NCBI GenBank assembly: GCA_965248445.1
Contig: CBDFJG010000003.1
Location: 736,001 to 800,000 of the forward strand
DNA length: 64,000 bases
Source of the DNA: Planctomycetota bacterium
GTDB lineage: Bacteria > Planctomycetota > JAJSAM01 > JAJVHW01
Reading direction: 5' to 3'
In this document: positions 30,659-47,460 of the stretch, piece after piece
Layout: each line of letters begins with the position of its first letter
Numbering within the stretch: the stretch's first letter is position 1
The notes under the pieces: model-generated
What the model was told of the DNA's origin: nothing
Databases searched by the model: none
What the model saw: the letters and a program-made list of their open reading frames with translations, nothing else
Translations under genes and position numbers: made by a program

Positions 30659-31240
30659 TCACTGCTCGTCCTCATCCCCGTCATCCCCTAGATCAAACAG
30701 CCGCCCGAGGTCGGCGCGCAGCGACTCCGTGACGCTCTCGTCGAGTTCCGGGCACTCGATCTCGTGGGGGGTCTCGTCGGGCGGCAGGCGCACGAGCATC
30801 ATCTCTCCCCGTTCGTCGCTGAACTGCTCGATGACCTTCACGAGCCGTTTGCGCATGAGCAGCAGCGCGAGTAGGTAGCGCAGCGGCGCCCGCTCGGGCG
30901 CCCGCTCGTCGAGCAGCCGAACCAGGAACTCGCGCGCGACCTGCAGGTCGAGCGTGGCGCGCTTCTTCTCCGGTTCGGGAACCTCGATGCGCCACCAGCA
31001 GAACGGCGCCGGCGCGGTCGCAGCCTCGAAGCAGCCGGAACACAGGTCGGCTCGCTCGAACGGCGGCGCGCCATCCTCGGCCAGAGTGTCCTGGTCCGCG
31101 AGAGCGTCCGCGCCCGACGGATGGATCGGCGGGCCCTCGAACAGCGCGGAGACGACGACGTCCCGCGGCGCAAACTCGGTCGCGCAGCGCGCGCACGCCC
31201 CGCTGCGTCTTCCGGTCTTCCAGTCCGTGCGCGCCGTCAC
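30659..31240 (-). CDS. Hypothetical protein with two CxxC motifs
   Basis: CARC, CSGC, FCWW, RYLLALLLMRKR; overlaps upstream gene by 4 bp. Confidence 0.75.
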   Translation of the reverse strand: MTARTDWKTGRRSGACARCATEFAPRDVVVSALFEGPPIHPSGADALADQDTLAEDGAPPFERADLCSGCFEAATAPAPFCWWRIEVPEPEKKRATLDLQVAREFLVRLLDERAPERAPLRYLLALLLMRKRLVKVIEQFSDERGEMMLVRLPPDETPHEIECPELDESVTESLRADLGRLFDLGDDGDEDEQ

Positions 31241-32145
31241 CGTGCGCCGCCGAGCGACGCGATCGCGTCCTGCAGCCGGCCCGCCTCGACGATCCGTCCC
31301 GCGCCGCGGGCCGCAGACTCGGCATCTCGCAGCGCGGGAAGCGCACCCGTGTCGCCGCGTGTGACGATCGACTGCGCCGCCTTCTGACGCACGAGATCGT
31401 CGGCATCGCGCAGCGCCGCCGCGAGCGCCTGCCCGGAAGCGGCGTCGTCGAAGTTGCGCAGTCCGTGCACCGCCTCCACACGCAGCACCCAGTCCGAGTC
31501 ACTCGTGTAGCGCGCGAGCGCATTCGCGGCGGCGGGGCCACCGCGCACCCCCATCTCGCCGAGCGTGCTCAGCGCGAATCGGCGGCCGCTCTTGGACTGG
31601 GCGCGGTCGAGCGCGGCGACGGTGGGACCGGCGGCCGGACCGCCGATCTTGGCCAGGATCGTGGCCGCCTCCCGGCGCGTGTCGTCGTCCACACTGAGCG
31701 GCACGTCCTTCTCCTGGACCTCGTCGTAGACGGTCTTGACGGTGCCCACTGCCAGAACGTCGGTCAGGAACGGCACCGCCGGCGGGCCAATCGCGATGAG
31801 TTCGTCCCGGGCCCGCTCGACGAGCTGCGGCGCGTTGGGGGCCGTGAGACGCTGCGCGCGAAGGAGCGCGGCGAACAGCCCGGTGATCAGGAACTGCGAC
31901 TCGCTGTGCCCCATGGCGAGCCACCGCTTGCGTGTGGCGGGCCATTCCGGCGCATCTTTCGAGAACTGGCGCAGACCGTTCGCCATGAACGCCTGCGTGT
32001 CGCCCTCGAAGGTCTCCGTGGAGGCCGCGGCTCCGCCGCCACTGCGCCCTTCGGAGCCGAAACGACCGCCGGGGGGGCCGTCACCCGCGCACGCGGGCGC
32101 GGTGACGAGGAGAAGGGCCGACAGAAGGAGCATGACCGATCGCAT
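31237..32145 (-). CDS. Exported HEAT-repeat protein
   Basis: Signal peptide; repeats such as DSDWVLRVEAVHGL and DADDLVRQKAAQSI. Confidence 0.75.
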   Translation of the reverse strand: MRSVMLLLSALLLVTAPACAGDGPPGGRFGSEGRSGGGAAASTETFEGDTQAFMANGLRQFSKDAPEWPATRKRWLAMGHSESQFLITGLFAALLRAQRLTAPNAPQLVERARDELIAIGPPAVPFLTDVLAVGTVKTVYDEVQEKDVPLSVDDDTRREAATILAKIGGPAAGPTVAALDRAQSKSGRRFALSTLGEMGVRGGPAAANALARYTSDSDWVLRVEAVHGLRNFDDAASGQALAAALRDADDLVRQKAAQSIVTRGDTGALPALRDAESAARGAGRIVEAGRLQDAIASLGGAR

Positions 32146-32305
32146 GGCGACATGATGCCGTCCCGCCGCGCCCGGCCGCGAGCAACATTGGATGTCGACG
32201 GGCGCCGTTCACGGAAGTGTGACGGGAGGGTGCGCTCCGGCGGCCACGGGACGGCCACGCACCGCATTCGCGAGTCCCGCCCAGGGCGTATCCTCGGCGT
32301 CCCCG

Positions 32306-35974
<3,669 letters not shown>

Positions 35975-37643
35975 CCCGAATCGTTCACCAGCCGGGAATC
36001 TGAGCGGGCCGTCGTCTGTCTAAGTGCTCGTACTCGCTAGTACTTGCACCGACAGGAGCGCCGGCCCGATGACGACAGACTGTAGCCCGCAGGGGACCCT
36101 CTTCGCGGGCATCTGTGGACGCACCGCGGTGACGCGCTTCGACGCCGGTACCGTGACGAGCGACGGGGGCGTGCTGCTGCTCGAGCGGGTCGATCGTCGC
36201 ATCGATCTGCTCTCGCGGTTTGCGCGCTGCTTCGGGGACCACCGGGACCCGCGTCGGGTCGAGCACACGGTCGGCCAGATGCTGCGTCAGCGGGTCTTCG
36301 GGCTGTGCGCGGGCTACGAGGATCTGGTGGACCACGACCATGTCGGCAAGGACCCGCTGTTTGCCGCGGCGTGCGGCAAGCGCGAGGGTGCTCTGGCCAC
36401 GCACCCGACGCTCTCGCGGCTCGAGACCACGCAGCTCGGCGCCACGGCACAGACGCGCTACGCCAAGATCGAGATGGACCAGGAGCGCGTGGACAGCGTG
36501 CTCAGCGACGTCTTCTGCGAGGCCATGGGGCCGGAGGATCCGGGCCTGCTCGTGCTGGACCTGGACCACTCCGACGTGCGGCTGCACGGCCGGCAGGAGG
36601 GCCGCTTCTTCCACGGCTACTACGGGCACTACTGCTACCTGCCGCTGTACGTCTTCTGCGGCGAGCACCTCTTGCTCGCTCGGCTCCAGACCGCTGACAG
36701 AGATCCCGCGCGCGGAGTCGTGGACGAGCTCCGTGCGCTGGTCTTACGTCTGCGGCGCCGCTGGCCCCGGGCCAAGGTGCTCGTGCGCGCAGACTCGGGC
36801 TTTTGCCGCGAGGAGCTGATGGCCTGGTGCGAGGCCGCCGGCCACTTCTACCTGCTGGGCATGGCGCGCAATGAGCGCCTTGAGCGACACGTCGAAGACG
36901 CGCTCGATGAGGCCGCAGCCCGTGCCGTGCAGACCGGCCGAGCAGCCCGGGTCTTTCGCGACTTTGCCTGGACCACGCTGGGGAGCTGGAGCCAGAGGCG
37001 TCGCGTGGTCGCCAAGGCCGAGCACCTGCCGGGCGGCAAGCGCAATCCCCGCTTCGTGGTGACCAATCTGCCGCCTCGTAGCTGGAGCAGCAAGCGTCTC
37101 TACGAGCAGCTCTACTGCGCCCGGGGCGAGGCGGAGAATCGCATCAAGGAGCAGCAGCTCGAGCTCTTCGGCACCCGTCTGTCGGTGCACACGATGCAGG
37201 GCAACGCCGTGCGGATGGCCATGTCGGCCATGGCCTACGTCCTGACCTGTGCGCTGCGACGCATCGGTCTCGCCGGCACCGAGATGGCGCGTGCGCAAGC
37301 CGGCACGATCCGCCTGCGGCTGCTCAAGATCGGCGCGCTCGTGCGGATCACGACGCGCCGGATCTGGGTCTCGATGTCCTCGTCGTGGCCCTGGCAGCAC
37401 GTCTTCGAGCGCTGCGCGCAACGACTGCTGGCATCCCCGAAGCCGACCTGACGTCCCGCCGCGCCGTCCGCCACACCACCGCCCGGCCTACGGTCTGCCC
37501 ACACCGCAGAATCCGCGCCGTTTCGGCCGCTCACTCGCGTTGCCCTTGTGGCAACGACGACAGCATCCGCCCTCGCCTGGCCAAGATCTGACCCTGTGGA
37601 CTCCGAAAGCACCGTCATCGCGACGTCTCGTGAACAGATGCGG
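35975..37643 (+). mobile_element. IS1380-family insertion sequence (1669 bp)
   Basis: Imperfect terminal IRs CCCGAATCGTTCACCAG / CTCGTGAACAGATGCGG; CTAA duplicated at 35971-35974 and 37644-37647. Confidence 0.9.
36069..37451 (+). CDS. IS1380 family transposase
   Basis: TSDGGVLLL, GYEDLVD, HGRQEG..FHGYY..YCYLPL, RADSGF, YCARGEAENRIKE. Confidence 0.95.
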   Translation: MTTDCSPQGTLFAGICGRTAVTRFDAGTVTSDGGVLLLERVDRRIDLLSRFARCFGDHRDPRRVEHTVGQMLRQRVFGLCAGYEDLVDHDHVGKDPLFAAACGKREGALATHPTLSRLETTQLGATAQTRYAKIEMDQERVDSVLSDVFCEAMGPEDPGLLVLDLDHSDVRLHGRQEGRFFHGYYGHYCYLPLYVFCGEHLLLARLQTADRDPARGVVDELRALVLRLRRRWPRAKVLVRADSGFCREELMAWCEAAGHFYLLGMARNERLERHVEDALDEAAARAVQTGRAARVFRDFAWTTLGSWSQRRRVVAKAEHLPGGKRNPRFVVTNLPPRSWSSKRLYEQLYCARGEAENRIKEQQLELFGTRLSVHTMQGNAVRMAMSAMAYVLTCALRRIGLAGTEMARAQAGTIRLRLLKIGALVRITTRRIWVSMSSSWPWQHVFERCAQRLLASPKPT

Positions 37644-37668
37644 CTAATCGGCCGCGCAGACGAATCGA

Positions 37669-37713
37669 AACAGCCCCGCGCCGCCGAACAAACACGTACG
37701 ACGCGGGGCTGTT
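37669..37713. terminator. Hairpin between dnaE/IS and the convergent gene
   Basis: AACAGCCCCGCG (37669-37680) / CGCGGGGCTGTT (37702-37713). Confidence 0.55.
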
Positions 37714-37731
37714 CAGGACTACGGCGGGCGG

Positions 37732-38355
37732 CTACTCCGCCGGACCGCCGTGTAGCTTGACGGGCTCGCCCTCGACCTCTTCGCTCTTGCCGACGAAGCG
37801 GATCGGATCCTCGTGGCGACGGTACTCGTCGCCGGTGCGCGCATACTTCAGGACGAGCACACGGCGCTCGGACCAGGCGATGCCGCGACGGTCGCGGTAG
37901 ACCGGGTCCCACAGTCCGTACACACGGACCTCGAACTTGTCCGCGTTCGGGTCGATGCGCCCGAAGTGCGCCAGCGCCCCGGCCGAGGCGCCTGCATCCA
38001 GGTCCCTGCGACGGATCCGGAGGGTCGAGTCGAGACTCGCCTTGCCCGCACGCTTGGCGACCGCGCGGGAAGTCGCGCCGTCGTAGTGGTCGCCATGGGA
38101 CTTGCCCGTCTCGGTCTGCACTTCGAGGCGGATGCGCGGCTTGCGCGCGGCATCGGTACCGTTCGTGACGGTGTACTGCATGTAGTAATGCGGTGACCCG
38201 CCGGCGACGATGGCCGCCAAGTCTCCGGCTTCAAAGTCGAGCCGCCACCGATCGCCTGCATCGGCGCTCGGCGAGGCGAGCACCGCAGCGACGGTAATCG
38301 CAGCGGCTGCCATCACGGCTAGAGCAGTTCGCGTCGCGAGAAGAGTTCGCTTCAT
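37732..38355 (-). CDS. Hypothetical exported protein
   Basis: Signal peptide MKRTLLA...ADA; beta-rich mature part; RBS GAGAGG. Confidence 0.75.
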   Translation of the reverse strand: MKRTLLATRTALAVMAAAAITVAAVLASPSADAGDRWRLDFEAGDLAAIVAGGSPHYYMQYTVTNGTDAARKPRIRLEVQTETGKSHGDHYDGATSRAVAKRAGKASLDSTLRIRRRDLDAGASAGALAHFGRIDPNADKFEVRVYGLWDPVYRDRRGIAWSERRVLVLKYARTGDEYRRHEDPIRFVGKSEEVEGEPVKLHGGPAE

Positions 38356-38448
38356 GACCCGTGGTCCTCTCAAGTCGAACGACGGCGCAGCGCCGCAGCG
38401 CCGGGAAGGACGGCGGAACCGCCGCCTTCCCGGCACATCTGCCGACGT

Positions 38449-39090
38449 CTACTCCTTGTTCGGCTCTCCGTAGATGAGCGTGCGGAGCATGTCGTTCGCA
38501 GCGTCCGGGCCCACGACGATGTCGTCGTCACCCGACAAACCGAGCGCCTCGCGATCGAGGAACTTCACCGACGTGTCCTGGAACAGGACGTTCAGGCCGC
38601 CCTTGTGATGCGCGGTGCGGTGATCCGTCGTCTGACGGTCGGCCGCGATCGCCTGCAGTTCCCCGTCCTCGGCGCCAATCGGGGAACCCTTGAAGTCGCG
38701 GACGACGTACGAGCAGAGGTCCTCCGACGGATCCTTGAGATCCACGTCGTCGTAAGCACTGCGCTCTTCGTCGGTCTTCGGGATCACCACGGTCGAATCG
38801 CCGGGGCAGGTGAAGATCTCTTCCTGTCCCTTGGCGATCGCACGCTTGGCCCCATGACGGAAGTGGAGGAAGTACGCCACGCCGTTGTGGCGAGGACGAC
38901 CACCGCCGCGCTCGAGGGTCTCTGTCTGATAGAGCGCCCCGAACTGACTTAGGTGGCCGGCGCAAGACGCCTTCTCCTGCTGCTCCTGGATCTTCGGAAC
39001 CAACACCATCACCGCGCCGGCCAACGCCGCGATGATCGTGATGACCACGAGGATCTCGATCAGGGTGAAACCCCGCGTCCGATTACGCAT
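38449..39090 (-). CDS. Prepilin-type N-terminal cleavage/methylation protein with H-X9-D(G/T) motif
   Basis: RGFTLIEILVVITII; C-terminal HKGGLNVLFQDT. Confidence 0.88.
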   Translation of the reverse strand: MRNRTRGFTLIEILVVITIIAALAGAVMVLVPKIQEQQEKASCAGHLSQFGALYQTETLERGGGRPRHNGVAYFLHFRHGAKRAIAKGQEEIFTCPGDSTVVIPKTDEERSAYDDVDLKDPSEDLCSYVVRDFKGSPIGAEDGELQAIAADRQTTDHRTAHHKGGLNVLFQDTSVKFLDREALGLSGDDDIVVGPDAANDMLRTLIYGEPNKE

Positions 39091-39432
39091 TCAATCCCTC
39101 CTCTTCCGCCCACGCTCGGGCCGGAACCTGCCCGGGCCTGAGTCGAGACCTGCCCGTTCATGACTCAAGACCCGACGGGTCCGACACACCTAGGTGCTCT
39201 CCCGCGCAGGACGGCCCGTCGACGGCCACACCGACCCTTGTCGGTCCGCCCGTACGCACGGAACCTACCGAGTCGCACGACGGGCACGACGCGGGTTGCC
39301 CAACGCGGGCGGAATGTACCACCGGCTGCCTCGCAGCAGCAAGCGGGTTCCTGCGCTCGATTTGAGGCGCCTCGAAGGCCCGCCCCGGAGCCTGCGCCAG
39401 GCTCGACGGCGCGCCCGGAAGGCCGCCGGGGT

Positions 39433-40590
39433 TCAGACAGCCGCGCGAAGGTCCTCGACCCGGTCGCTGCGCTCCCACGTGTAGCCGTCCCCGCTGCGGC
39501 CGAAGTGACCGAAGCGGGCCGTGGGGAGGTAGATCGGGCGGCGCAGGTCCAGGGCATCGAGCATCCCTGCCGGAGTGAGGTCGAACGCCTCCCGCACGAG
39601 GTCGGCGAGGACCGGCTCCGGAGCCGTGCCGGTGCCGAACGTGTCCACACGGACCGAGAGCGGCTCCACGACGCCGATCGCATACGCCAGCTGGACCTCG
39701 GCGCGGCGGGCGAGTCCTGCGTCGACCAGGTTCCGCGCGACGTAACGCGCCATGTACGCAGCCGAGCGGTCCACCTTGGACGGGTCCTTGCCGCTGAATG
39801 CACCCCCGCCGTGGCGGCTCCATCCGCCGTACGTATCGACGATGATCTTGCGGCCGGTCACGCCGGTGTCGCCGTGCGGCCCGCCGATGACGAACTGGCC
39901 TGTCGGGTTGACCTCGTAACGCGTGTCGTCATCCAGCATCCCGTCCGGCACCGCCGGTTTGATGATGCGCTCGATGACGGCTTCACGGAGTTCGTCCGAC
40001 GGCACGTCCGGCGCATGCTGGGTCGATACGAGCACCGTGTGGATCCGCAGCGGCCGGTCGCCCTCGTACTCGATCGTCACCTGCGACTTGGCGTCCGGGC
40101 GCAGCCACGGCAACTCGTTCGAGGTCCGCGCTGCGACCTGTTGGTCGAGAATGTGCCGCGCGAACGTGATCGCAGTCGGCATCCGCTCGGGCGTCTCGTC
40201 GCACGCGTATCCGAACATGAGGCCCTGGTCTCCGGCGCCGAGCGCTCCTCCGGCCTGGTCCACGCCCATCGAGATGTCGGGCGACTGCGCGTGGACGTGC
40301 AGATGGATTTTGCAGGTATCTGCGGCGAACAGGAGCTCCGGGTCGTCGTAGCCGATCTCGGCGATCGTTCGGCGGATCAGTGGCTCGTAGGTCACCTCGA
40401 CGCCGGGCCGGGCCTTGACCTCCCCGGCGAGCACGGTCAGATCCGTCGTGACCAGGGTCTCGACCGCGACCCGTGCATCCGGGTCCTGGGCCAGGAACGC
40501 ATCCACGACGCTGTCGCTGATCTGGTCGGCGACCTTGTCCGGGTGCCCCATCGACACGCACTCGGATGTGAAGAGATGGCGCTCACTCAT
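39433..40590 (-). CDS. metK: S-adenosylmethionine synthetase
   Basis: GHPDK, GAGDQG, GGGAFSGKDPSKVDRS. Confidence 0.97.
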   Translation of the reverse strand: MSERHLFTSECVSMGHPDKVADQISDSVVDAFLAQDPDARVAVETLVTTDLTVLAGEVKARPGVEVTYEPLIRRTIAEIGYDDPELLFAADTCKIHLHVHAQSPDISMGVDQAGGALGAGDQGLMFGYACDETPERMPTAITFARHILDQQVAARTSNELPWLRPDAKSQVTIEYEGDRPLRIHTVLVSTQHAPDVPSDELREAVIERIIKPAVPDGMLDDDTRYEVNPTGQFVIGGPHGDTGVTGRKIIVDTYGGWSRHGGGAFSGKDPSKVDRSAAYMARYVARNLVDAGLARRAEVQLAYAIGVVEPLSVRVDTFGTGTAPEPVLADLVREAFDLTPAGMLDALDLRRPIYLPTARFGHFGRSGDGYTWERSDRVEDLRAAV

Positions 40591-40640
40591 GAGATGTCCT
40601 CGGGCCCAATGAAGCGCATCGCGGCGCCCCGTTCGAACGG

Positions 40641-42032
40641 TCAGTTGGTCGCGTCGGCGGCGTTCCCGGATCCGTCCCCGCCGGAGCGAGGTCCCGACGC
40701 GGGGACGTAGCTGACAAGTATGTCCAAGATCCGCCGCGTGGCGCCCTTGCTTTCGAGGCAGATCCCCCGAGCCCGACGGCCGATCTCGTCACGGCGTGCG
40801 GGGTCACCGTGCAACTCGACCAGGGACGCGCGGACCGCGTCGGCGTCGTCGACCTGCACGATGCCGCTCCGGGACAGCAGCAAGTCCATCGGGTCGCGGA
40901 AGTTCCACGTGTTCGGACCCACGACGACCGGCTTCCCGGACCCCGCCGGTTCCATCATGTTCTGCCCGCCGCGATCGGTGAGCGATCCGCCCACGAACAC
41001 GAGGTCGGCCACGGCGTACAGCAGGGACAGCTCCCCCATCGTGTCGCCGACGACGATCGACGCGTAGCTGTCCTTCGCCGCAGGCCAGGCCCCCGTCAGG
41101 CTGCTCAGCAGCACGGGCTCGTACCCACGGGACGCCACGACCGAGGTGACCTCGCGCAGACGCTTGGGGTGGCGCGGCACGAGCACGAGCCGCGCCTGCC
41201 GGTCCGTCTTGCGGATCTCCTCGAGCGCGTCGATCAGGACCTCGTCCTCGCCACCGTGCGTGCTGCCACCGAGGACGATGAAATCGCCGTCGCGCACACC
41301 CAGGCGAGCGACGTGCCGCTCGCGCAACTCGGCTGGAAGCTCGTCGGCCACGTTGTCGAACTTCATGGAGCCGGTGATCGTGATGCGGTCCGATGGCACG
41401 CCCAGCGACTGGAACCGCGCTGCGTACTCGTCGGACTGCACGCAATAGTGCAGAACGCGGGTCATCGGCTCGGGGATGACGGTCTGGAGCAGCTTGTAGT
41501 TGCGTGCGCTGTCCGCGGACATGCGGCCGTTCGCGACCAGGACCGGGAGCCCGCGCAGGCTGGTCGTCAGGAGGAAGTTCGGCCAGAGCTCGAGCTCCAT
41601 CAGCAGAACCACCGACGGCCTGAGCCGCTCGACGACGCGGCGGGTGGAGAACGAGAAGTCGAGCGGGTAGTAGACGACTCTCTTGCCGGGGTACGCCGCA
41701 ACCGCGGCCGCGTGCCCGTTCAGCGTCGTCGTGCTCACGACGACCTCGACCCACGGCATCTCGGCGTCGATCAGGCTGATCAGCTCGCGCGCCGCGAGAG
41801 CCTCGCCGGCCGAGACGCCGTGGATCCAGATAGCCGGCGCTTCCGACTCGCGCCGTTCCACGCGTCCCAGTCGCTCGGCCAGACCGGCCCGCCAGCGGCG
41901 GCTCGTCACGATCTTGAAGATGATCAGCGGCGACCCGAGCACGACGAGCACGGCGTAGAGGACGTCGTAGCACCACTGGAGCACGCGCAGGCGAATGCGG
42001 CTCAGCGTGCTCGGCGCGGGATCCGGCCACAC
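40641..42032 (-). CDS. waaA: Kdo transferase
   Basis: IWIHGVSAGE, YYPLD, ELELWPN, GSMKFD, PRHP, GGQNMMEP. Confidence 0.92.
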   Translation of the reverse strand: MWPDPAPSTLSRIRLRVLQWCYDVLYAVLVVLGSPLIIFKIVTSRRWRAGLAERLGRVERRESEAPAIWIHGVSAGEALAARELISLIDAEMPWVEVVVSTTTLNGHAAAVAAYPGKRVVYYPLDFSFSTRRVVERLRPSVVLLMELELWPNFLLTTSLRGLPVLVANGRMSADSARNYKLLQTVIPEPMTRVLHYCVQSDEYAARFQSLGVPSDRITITGSMKFDNVADELPAELRERHVARLGVRDGDFIVLGGSTHGGEDEVLIDALEEIRKTDRQARLVLVPRHPKRLREVTSVVASRGYEPVLLSSLTGAWPAAKDSYASIVVGDTMGELSLLYAVADLVFVGGSLTDRGGQNMMEPAGSGKPVVVGPNTWNFRDPMDLLLSRSGIVQVDDADAVRASLVELHGDPARRDEIGRRARGICLESKGATRRILDILVSYVPASGPRSGGDGSGNAADATN

Positions 42033-42078
42033 GGGGGAGGCCCCGGAAGATGACGAGGAAGGCGCGGAGGTCAGGGCG

Positions 42079-44892
<2,814 letters not shown>

Positions 44893-44947
44893 GACGTCTT
44901 GTCGCCTCGCGAGGCCGACCTACGGCCTTACGCCGGGGTCTTGCAAG

Positions 44948-45820
44948 TCACGGGCCGGGCGAGTCCGCCCCGCCCCCGGGACCCTTCTTCCCCGGAAGGA
45001 GATGCCGCACGAAGGAAAGGAGGAGGGTGCGGTGGTACGGCTTCATCAGGAAGCCATCCGCCCCGCTCGTCTCGTCGAGGGCCACGGCGCCTGCGGTGGC
45101 CAGGAGCACCGGCTGGTGGCGGCCGCTCCCTTCGCCGCTCTCCTGCTCACGCTCACGGCGCCGGATGGCGCGGCACGTCGCGATCCCGTCGAGCCCGGGC
45201 ATCTCGTAGTCCATGAGCACCAGGTTCGGCTGGAGGTCTTCAACGATCATCAGCGCCTGCGCACCCGATCCGGCCTCGACCACGCGGTAGCCGGCGTGGC
45301 GCAGGATGTTCACGGCCGCCATGCGCATGCCGCGCTCGTCGTCCACCACGAGCACCAGGGGCCCGCTGCCGTCGCTCGCGGGCGTCAGGGCCGCCGCGAC
45401 CACCCGGGCGGTGGGAAGTCCGTTCGTGCGCCACGCCCTCTCGACCTGCCGTTTGATCGCGAGGTTGCGGCGGCGCACCTGGAGCCACTGGTCCCACTCC
45501 GCCGAGCCCTCATCCACCGGCGCGAGATCGTGCGTGTCGACGGAGAAGAACCACTCACCCGGTTCGCAGAACTCCATCAGCGCGATCTTCATGTGCGGGT
45601 AGTGGCGATTGCCCAGCCGGAGGACGTAGTGCGGGTGCTGTTCGCCCCCTGGATTCGGCGGCTGTTCGGGCGTGAAGAGCGCGAGTACGTCGGCGGGGTC
45701 AATGAGCGAACTCAGGTCCGGCGCCGCGGAGGCCGGCGGAGCCGCTCCGTCGTACGCCACGTCCGTGTACAGCGCGACCGCCCGCCGCAGGAGGTCCGGG
45801 GTGAGTTCGTCGAGCTTCAC
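44948..45820 (-). CDS. Response regulator: unknown N-terminal domain plus C-terminal receiver
   Basis: VLVVDD, LMDYEMPGLDG, ATA, FLMKP; GTGA overlap with pyrD. Confidence 0.8.
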   Translation of the reverse strand: MKLDELTPDLLRRAVALYTDVAYDGAAPPASAAPDLSSLIDPADVLALFTPEQPPNPGGEQHPHYVLRLGNRHYPHMKIALMEFCEPGEWFFSVDTHDLAPVDEGSAEWDQWLQVRRRNLAIKRQVERAWRTNGLPTARVVAAALTPASDGSGPLVLVVDDERGMRMAAVNILRHAGYRVVEAGSGAQALMIVEDLQPNLVLMDYEMPGLDGIATCRAIRRREREQESGEGSGRHQPVLLATAGAVALDETSGADGFLMKPYHRTLLLSFVRHLLPGKKGPGGGADSPGP

Positions 45821-46761
45821 CCCAGGCGCCGCTCGTTCCGCCACGCGTCGCCGTGGACCGCGCCGATCACCGATCGGATCTCCTCGATGCCCTCCGCGGC
45901 AAGCTTCGACGCGACGTCCGCGACGAGGCGCACGGGCAACTCCGGATCGAGGAAGCACGCCGTCCCCACCTGCACGGCGCTCGCGCCGGCGGCGAGGTAC
46001 TGCAACACATCCTCCGCGTCACGGATGCCGCCGATCCCCACGACGGGGATGCGGATCGCGCGGGAGACCCTTAGCACTGTGAGCAGGGCCATCGGCTTGA
46101 TCGCAGGCCCGGAGAGACCGGCGATCTCGCGGGCGAAAATCGTGCGCCGACCGCGCCAATCGATCGCCGTGCCGAGGTAGGTGTTGACGAGTGACACCGC
46201 CGATGCGCCGGCCTCTTCGCACGCCGCCGCGATCGGCACGACATCCTCCACGTTTGGCGAGAGCTTGGCCCACACCGGAACGTCCACCGCCGCGACGCAC
46301 TCGGAGACGACCCGCGCCGCGAGCGCCGGGTCCCGGCTGAAGTCGAGACCGTTCGAGACGTTCGGGCAGGACAGGTTCAGCTCGAGCGCGGCGATCCCGG
46401 TCAGTTCGGCAGACTTCCGGGACAGCCACGCGAATTCGTCGGCGTCCTCGCCGGCCACGTTCATGACGAACGGGCAGGGCAGCGCGCTGACCCGCGGGAG
46501 CGTCTGCTCGACGAAGCCCGCAAATCCCGGGTTCATCAGGCCGATCGAGTTCAGCATCCCGGCCGGAGTCTCGAACGTCCGCGGCGGCGGGTTCCCGATG
46601 CGCTCCTTGGCGGTCACCGTCTTGCCGACGACGCCACCGATGGCGCCGAGGTCGGCGAGGCGCGCGAACTCGTAGCCGAGCCCGTACGTTCCGCTGGCCG
46701 TGAGGATCGGATTGCGCAGCGCCAGCGAACCGATATCGACGGCGAGCGACACGTCGCTCAC
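45817..46761 (-). CDS. pyrD: Dihydroorotate dehydrogenase, family 1B catalytic subunit
   Basis: NPILTASGT, GNPPPR, GMLNSIGL, ELNLSCPN, GLSGPAIKP. Confidence 0.93.
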   Translation of the reverse strand: MSDVSLAVDIGSLALRNPILTASGTYGLGYEFARLADLGAIGGVVGKTVTAKERIGNPPPRTFETPAGMLNSIGLMNPGFAGFVEQTLPRVSALPCPFVMNVAGEDADEFAWLSRKSAELTGIAALELNLSCPNVSNGLDFSRDPALAARVVSECVAAVDVPVWAKLSPNVEDVVPIAAACEEAGASAVSLVNTYLGTAIDWRGRRTIFAREIAGLSGPAIKPMALLTVLRVSRAIRIPVVGIGGIRDAEDVLQYLAAGASAVQVGTACFLDPELPVRLVADVASKLAAEGIEEIRSVIGAVHGDAWRNERRLG

Positions 46762-47399
46762 CGTGGGGTCCCTGCAGGCTGCGCCTCTGCAGGCTTCTTC
46801 TCGGTGATGATCAGCCACGCCAACAGGATCACGCCGCACACGATGAGCACGTCGGCGACGTTCGAGGTGTACCAGTGCGTCGTCATGCCGCGCTCCCGCA
46901 GCCAGCCTGCGAGTGCCCAGTCGTCCGGCGCGTACCAGTCGAGGAAGTCACGCACACCCGGCCGCGAGTCGAGTTCGACCATGGGCCGGAGCGTCCGATC
47001 GTACAGGTTGCCGATCGCGCCCCCGATGATCATCGCGAGCGATGCGCTCTTCAGACGCTCGTCGTGACCCGATGTCCACAGGGTCCAGATGAGCGTTGCG
47101 ATCACGAGCGACGTCGCGACGGCGATCACCCACAGTCCCGCGTCGGACGCGAGGCCGAACGTGATGCCTCTGTTGAACGCGATGCGGATCTGCCACCACG
47201 ACGTGACCCGCCCGACGAGTTCCCCCTCCGGACGCAGCGGGTAGAAGACCAGGTACTTCGTCCAGAGGTCGGCCGCGAGACAGACCGCCGCCAGGCTGAG
47301 CCACGGGAGTTTGCGTCGAAAGCGCCCGGTCGGCTCGGGGGCAGCGGCCTCCACGCCCGTCGCCGGCTGCGCGGGCTGCGGCTCCTCGCCGCCGGTCAA
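46758..47399 (-). CDS. lspA: Lipoprotein signal peptidase II
   Basis: DLWTK, NRG..FG, GAIGNLYDR, VRDF, NVAD. Confidence 0.9.
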   Translation of the reverse strand: MTGGEEPQPAQPATGVEAAAPEPTGRFRRKLPWLSLAAVCLAADLWTKYLVFYPLRPEGELVGRVTSWWQIRIAFNRGITFGLASDAGLWVIAVATSLVIATLIWTLWTSGHDERLKSASLAMIIGGAIGNLYDRTLRPMVELDSRPGVRDFLDWYAPDDWALAGWLRERGMTTHWYTSNVADVLIVCGVILLAWLIITEKKPAEAQPAGTPR

Positions 47400-47460
47400 C
47401 GGGGATCGCCAGGCTCAGGAGTCCCAGGCCCAGATGGAAGAGAACGCGCAGATGCCGTCA

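Noticed and set aside
40591..40640. SAM riboswitch before metK
   Set aside because: Only 50 bp between waaA and metK and no SAM-I/II consensus
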